A stretch of DNA of 64,000 nt from Narcine bancroftii (Eukaryota), in contig NC_091477.1 of assembly GCF_036971445.1 (NCBI RefSeq), positions 94,550,001 through 94,614,000 on the forward strand, written 5' to 3'. The notes below the pieces were generated by a model, which saw only the letters and a list, made by a program, of their open reading frames with translations, was not told where the DNA came from and made no database searches. Positions 62,021 through 64,000 of this stretch are shown piece by piece. Made by a program: the position numbers and the translations under genes. How positions within the stretch are numbered: position 1 is the first letter of the stretch; each line of letters begins with the position of its first letter.

Positions 62021-62127
62021 CTTTCTAATGTATGTAAAAAGATGGCCATCTCGTTTTATAGTAGCTATTGGTTATAACATTTAAAAACTACCTAATGATA
62101 ACATTTTATTTTACTTCATTTTAACAG

Positions 62128-62281
62128 ATTACAAAATTTACAAGTGCCTTTGAGATACCTAACAATTTCATTGAAAAAAGTATTAAACTTCGAGGGCGAA
62201 TACATCATGTAACAGAAAATGGTCTAGAAGTAGAACATATTCCTATCAACCTTCCTCTCATTTCATCGCTGCAAAAAAAAT
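62128..62281 (+). CDS. C3orf33: C3orf33 homolog, coding exon 3 (gene continues beyond the window)
   Basis: taacag|ITKFTSAFEIPNNFIEKSIKLRGRIHHVTENGLEVEHIPINLPLISSLQKK, compare human KFTSSSDIPVEFIRRNVKLRGRL..ITENGLEIEHIPI (recalled). The 3' end is 62281 (GC donor) or 62285 (GT donor). Confidence 0.9.
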
Positions 62282-62389
62282 GCAAGTAAATACTTATTGA
62301 CTTTCAATAAGATGTCAACAGATTTCCTGGATTAAAAAAAATAGAAATACTGTTTTCGTATTTTTTTGACCGAATATGGCTTATCAGAT

Positions 62390-64000
62390 TTAACAAGGAG
62401 AAGTAAAGAGAATTGCAGTTGGATCAGAGGAATTTGCCAAAGTAGATTGGAAGGGGGCACTTTGTAGGAAAATCAGCAGAGCAGCAATGGATGAGTTTGT
62501 GCAAGAAATGAGGAAAGTGGTGGATAAATACATAGCAAATAAGAGGAAAGATTTGAATGGAAAAATGTCACAATTGTATCTGACAAGGGAAGTCAAAGCT
62601 GGTGCAAAAGCAAAGGAGAGGGCATACAAGGAAGCAAAAACTGGTGGTAATATACAGCATTAGGAAGTTTTTTTAAATTTGAAGAGGTTAACTAAAATAC
62701 TCATAAGGAGGGAAAATATTAAGTATAAAACTAGGCTAGCAAATAATATCAAAAGAGCTTCTTCAAGTATACAAAGAGTAAAAGAGATGAGAGTAGATAT
62801 AGGACCATTAGAAAATAAAGCCAGAGAAATGATAATGGGAGTCAAGGAGAAGGCAGAGGAATTAAATGAATATTTTGCACCATTCTTTACTGGAAGTCAT
62901 TAGCGTGTGCCAGATGTCAAAGGGTATCCGGGAAGGGAAGTTGAGTGCAGTTACTATTTCAAGGGAAAGAGTGCTCAGAAAGGTGAATGGTCTAAGGGCA
63001 GATACGTCTTCTGGACCAGATGGATTGCACCCTCAGATTCTGAAAGAAGTAGTGGTAGAGATTGTGGATACTACAGGCATAATAGAATTGCATGTGAGAG
63101 AGAAGAAGAGTTGCATTTTTGATTAATGAGGACATCACAACAGCACTTTAGGACATTCTTGGGGAATTTTCCAATGAGATCATATCTGTACAATTTAGAT
63201 ACAAGTAGGGCATGATCATTTTGAGATTTTGTTTTATTGCCTTCCCACAATCAGCAGGAATTAGAGGAGCAAATTAGTAGTTAGCTGTAAGAGTAATATG
63301 GTTATAATTGTGGATGATTTTATTTTTTTAACTTTGCTCATATGGACTCGGAGTCACATAGTGCAAAAGGTGTGGACAAGGTGGAATTTCTTGTATGTGT
63401 CTCAGATAATTTTCTTAAACAAACTATAGAGGGTCCCGTTAGAGACGATACAATCCGAACCTCCTGTTGAGGAACAAGGCAGAGTGATTGGTGTAAGTAA
63501 GAGAGCACTTTGGAACGGGTGATCATAATTCTATTTGATTTCAAGTACTTAAGGAAAAAGATTAGACTGGCCCACAGGTTGAAATTCTAAATTAGGGTAA
63601 GGGCAGTTTTTAAGTCATTAAACGGGAACTTTCAGAGGTTGACTAAGAGATGCTATTTATGGATAAAGGGATGTCTGGATATAAAAGTGAGATGGGGGGA
63701 ATTCAGGGTCAGGATGTTCCTGTTAGGGTGAAAGGAAATGCTGACTGTTTAGGGAAGCCTGGTTGACAAGGAATAGTGAGGCCCTTGTCAGAAAAAAAGC
63801 TGCATATCAGGTATAGGCTGATATGAAGTAAATTCCTCAAGGAGCAAAGAAAATGCTGGGAGTACACTTGAGGGAAATCGGGGTGGGGAGGGTGGTGGAG
63901 AGGATATGAAATAGCTCTGGGAAGTAAAGTAAAGGAAAATCCCAAAGGTTTCTGTAGCTATATGAAGAAGCAAAAAGGATTCAAGGTAGAGAATAGGTTC
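62390..64000 (+). mobile_element. Two decayed CR1 ORF2 fragments (~62390-63080 and ~63250-64000)
   Basis: KAEELNEYFA and SSGPDGLHPQILKEV in the first; endonuclease-end/linker remnants (gtgatcataattcta, KENPKGF) in the second. Confidence 0.75.

Overview
This is vertebrate nuclear DNA, not prokaryotic. The V-SINE, CR1, Rex1/Babar and Penelope-type repeats suggest a cartilaginous fish such as a ray or shark (inference). The window holds a complete SLC33A1 (acetyl-CoA transporter AT-1) gene on the + strand: six coding exons at 20619-44965 that splice to 543 aa, with a CpG-island promoter at about 16.1-16.8 kb. It also holds the first three coding exons of C3orf33 (60272-62281, + strand), the same gene order I recall for tetrapods. 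Most of the rest is transposable elements: four decayed Gypsy LTR elements, two solo LTRs, L1, CR1, Rex1/Babar, two young RTE copies, Tc1 remnants, Harbinger-like MITEs and SINEs. The most notable observations are: (1) an ORF1-only 'half-L1' with a 14-bp target-site duplication (TSD) in SLC33A1 intron 1; (2) a 36-bp inversion that flips the poly(A) signal between the two LTRs of one Gypsy element; (3) an RTE insertion with a twin-priming inversion and a 122-bp TSD; (4) a speculative, phase-consistent, multi-exon minus-strand gene or pseudogene running divergently from the SLC33A1 CpG island; (5) a probable GC splice donor in C3orf33. All calls were made by eye, and repeat boundaries without a stated TSD are approximate.
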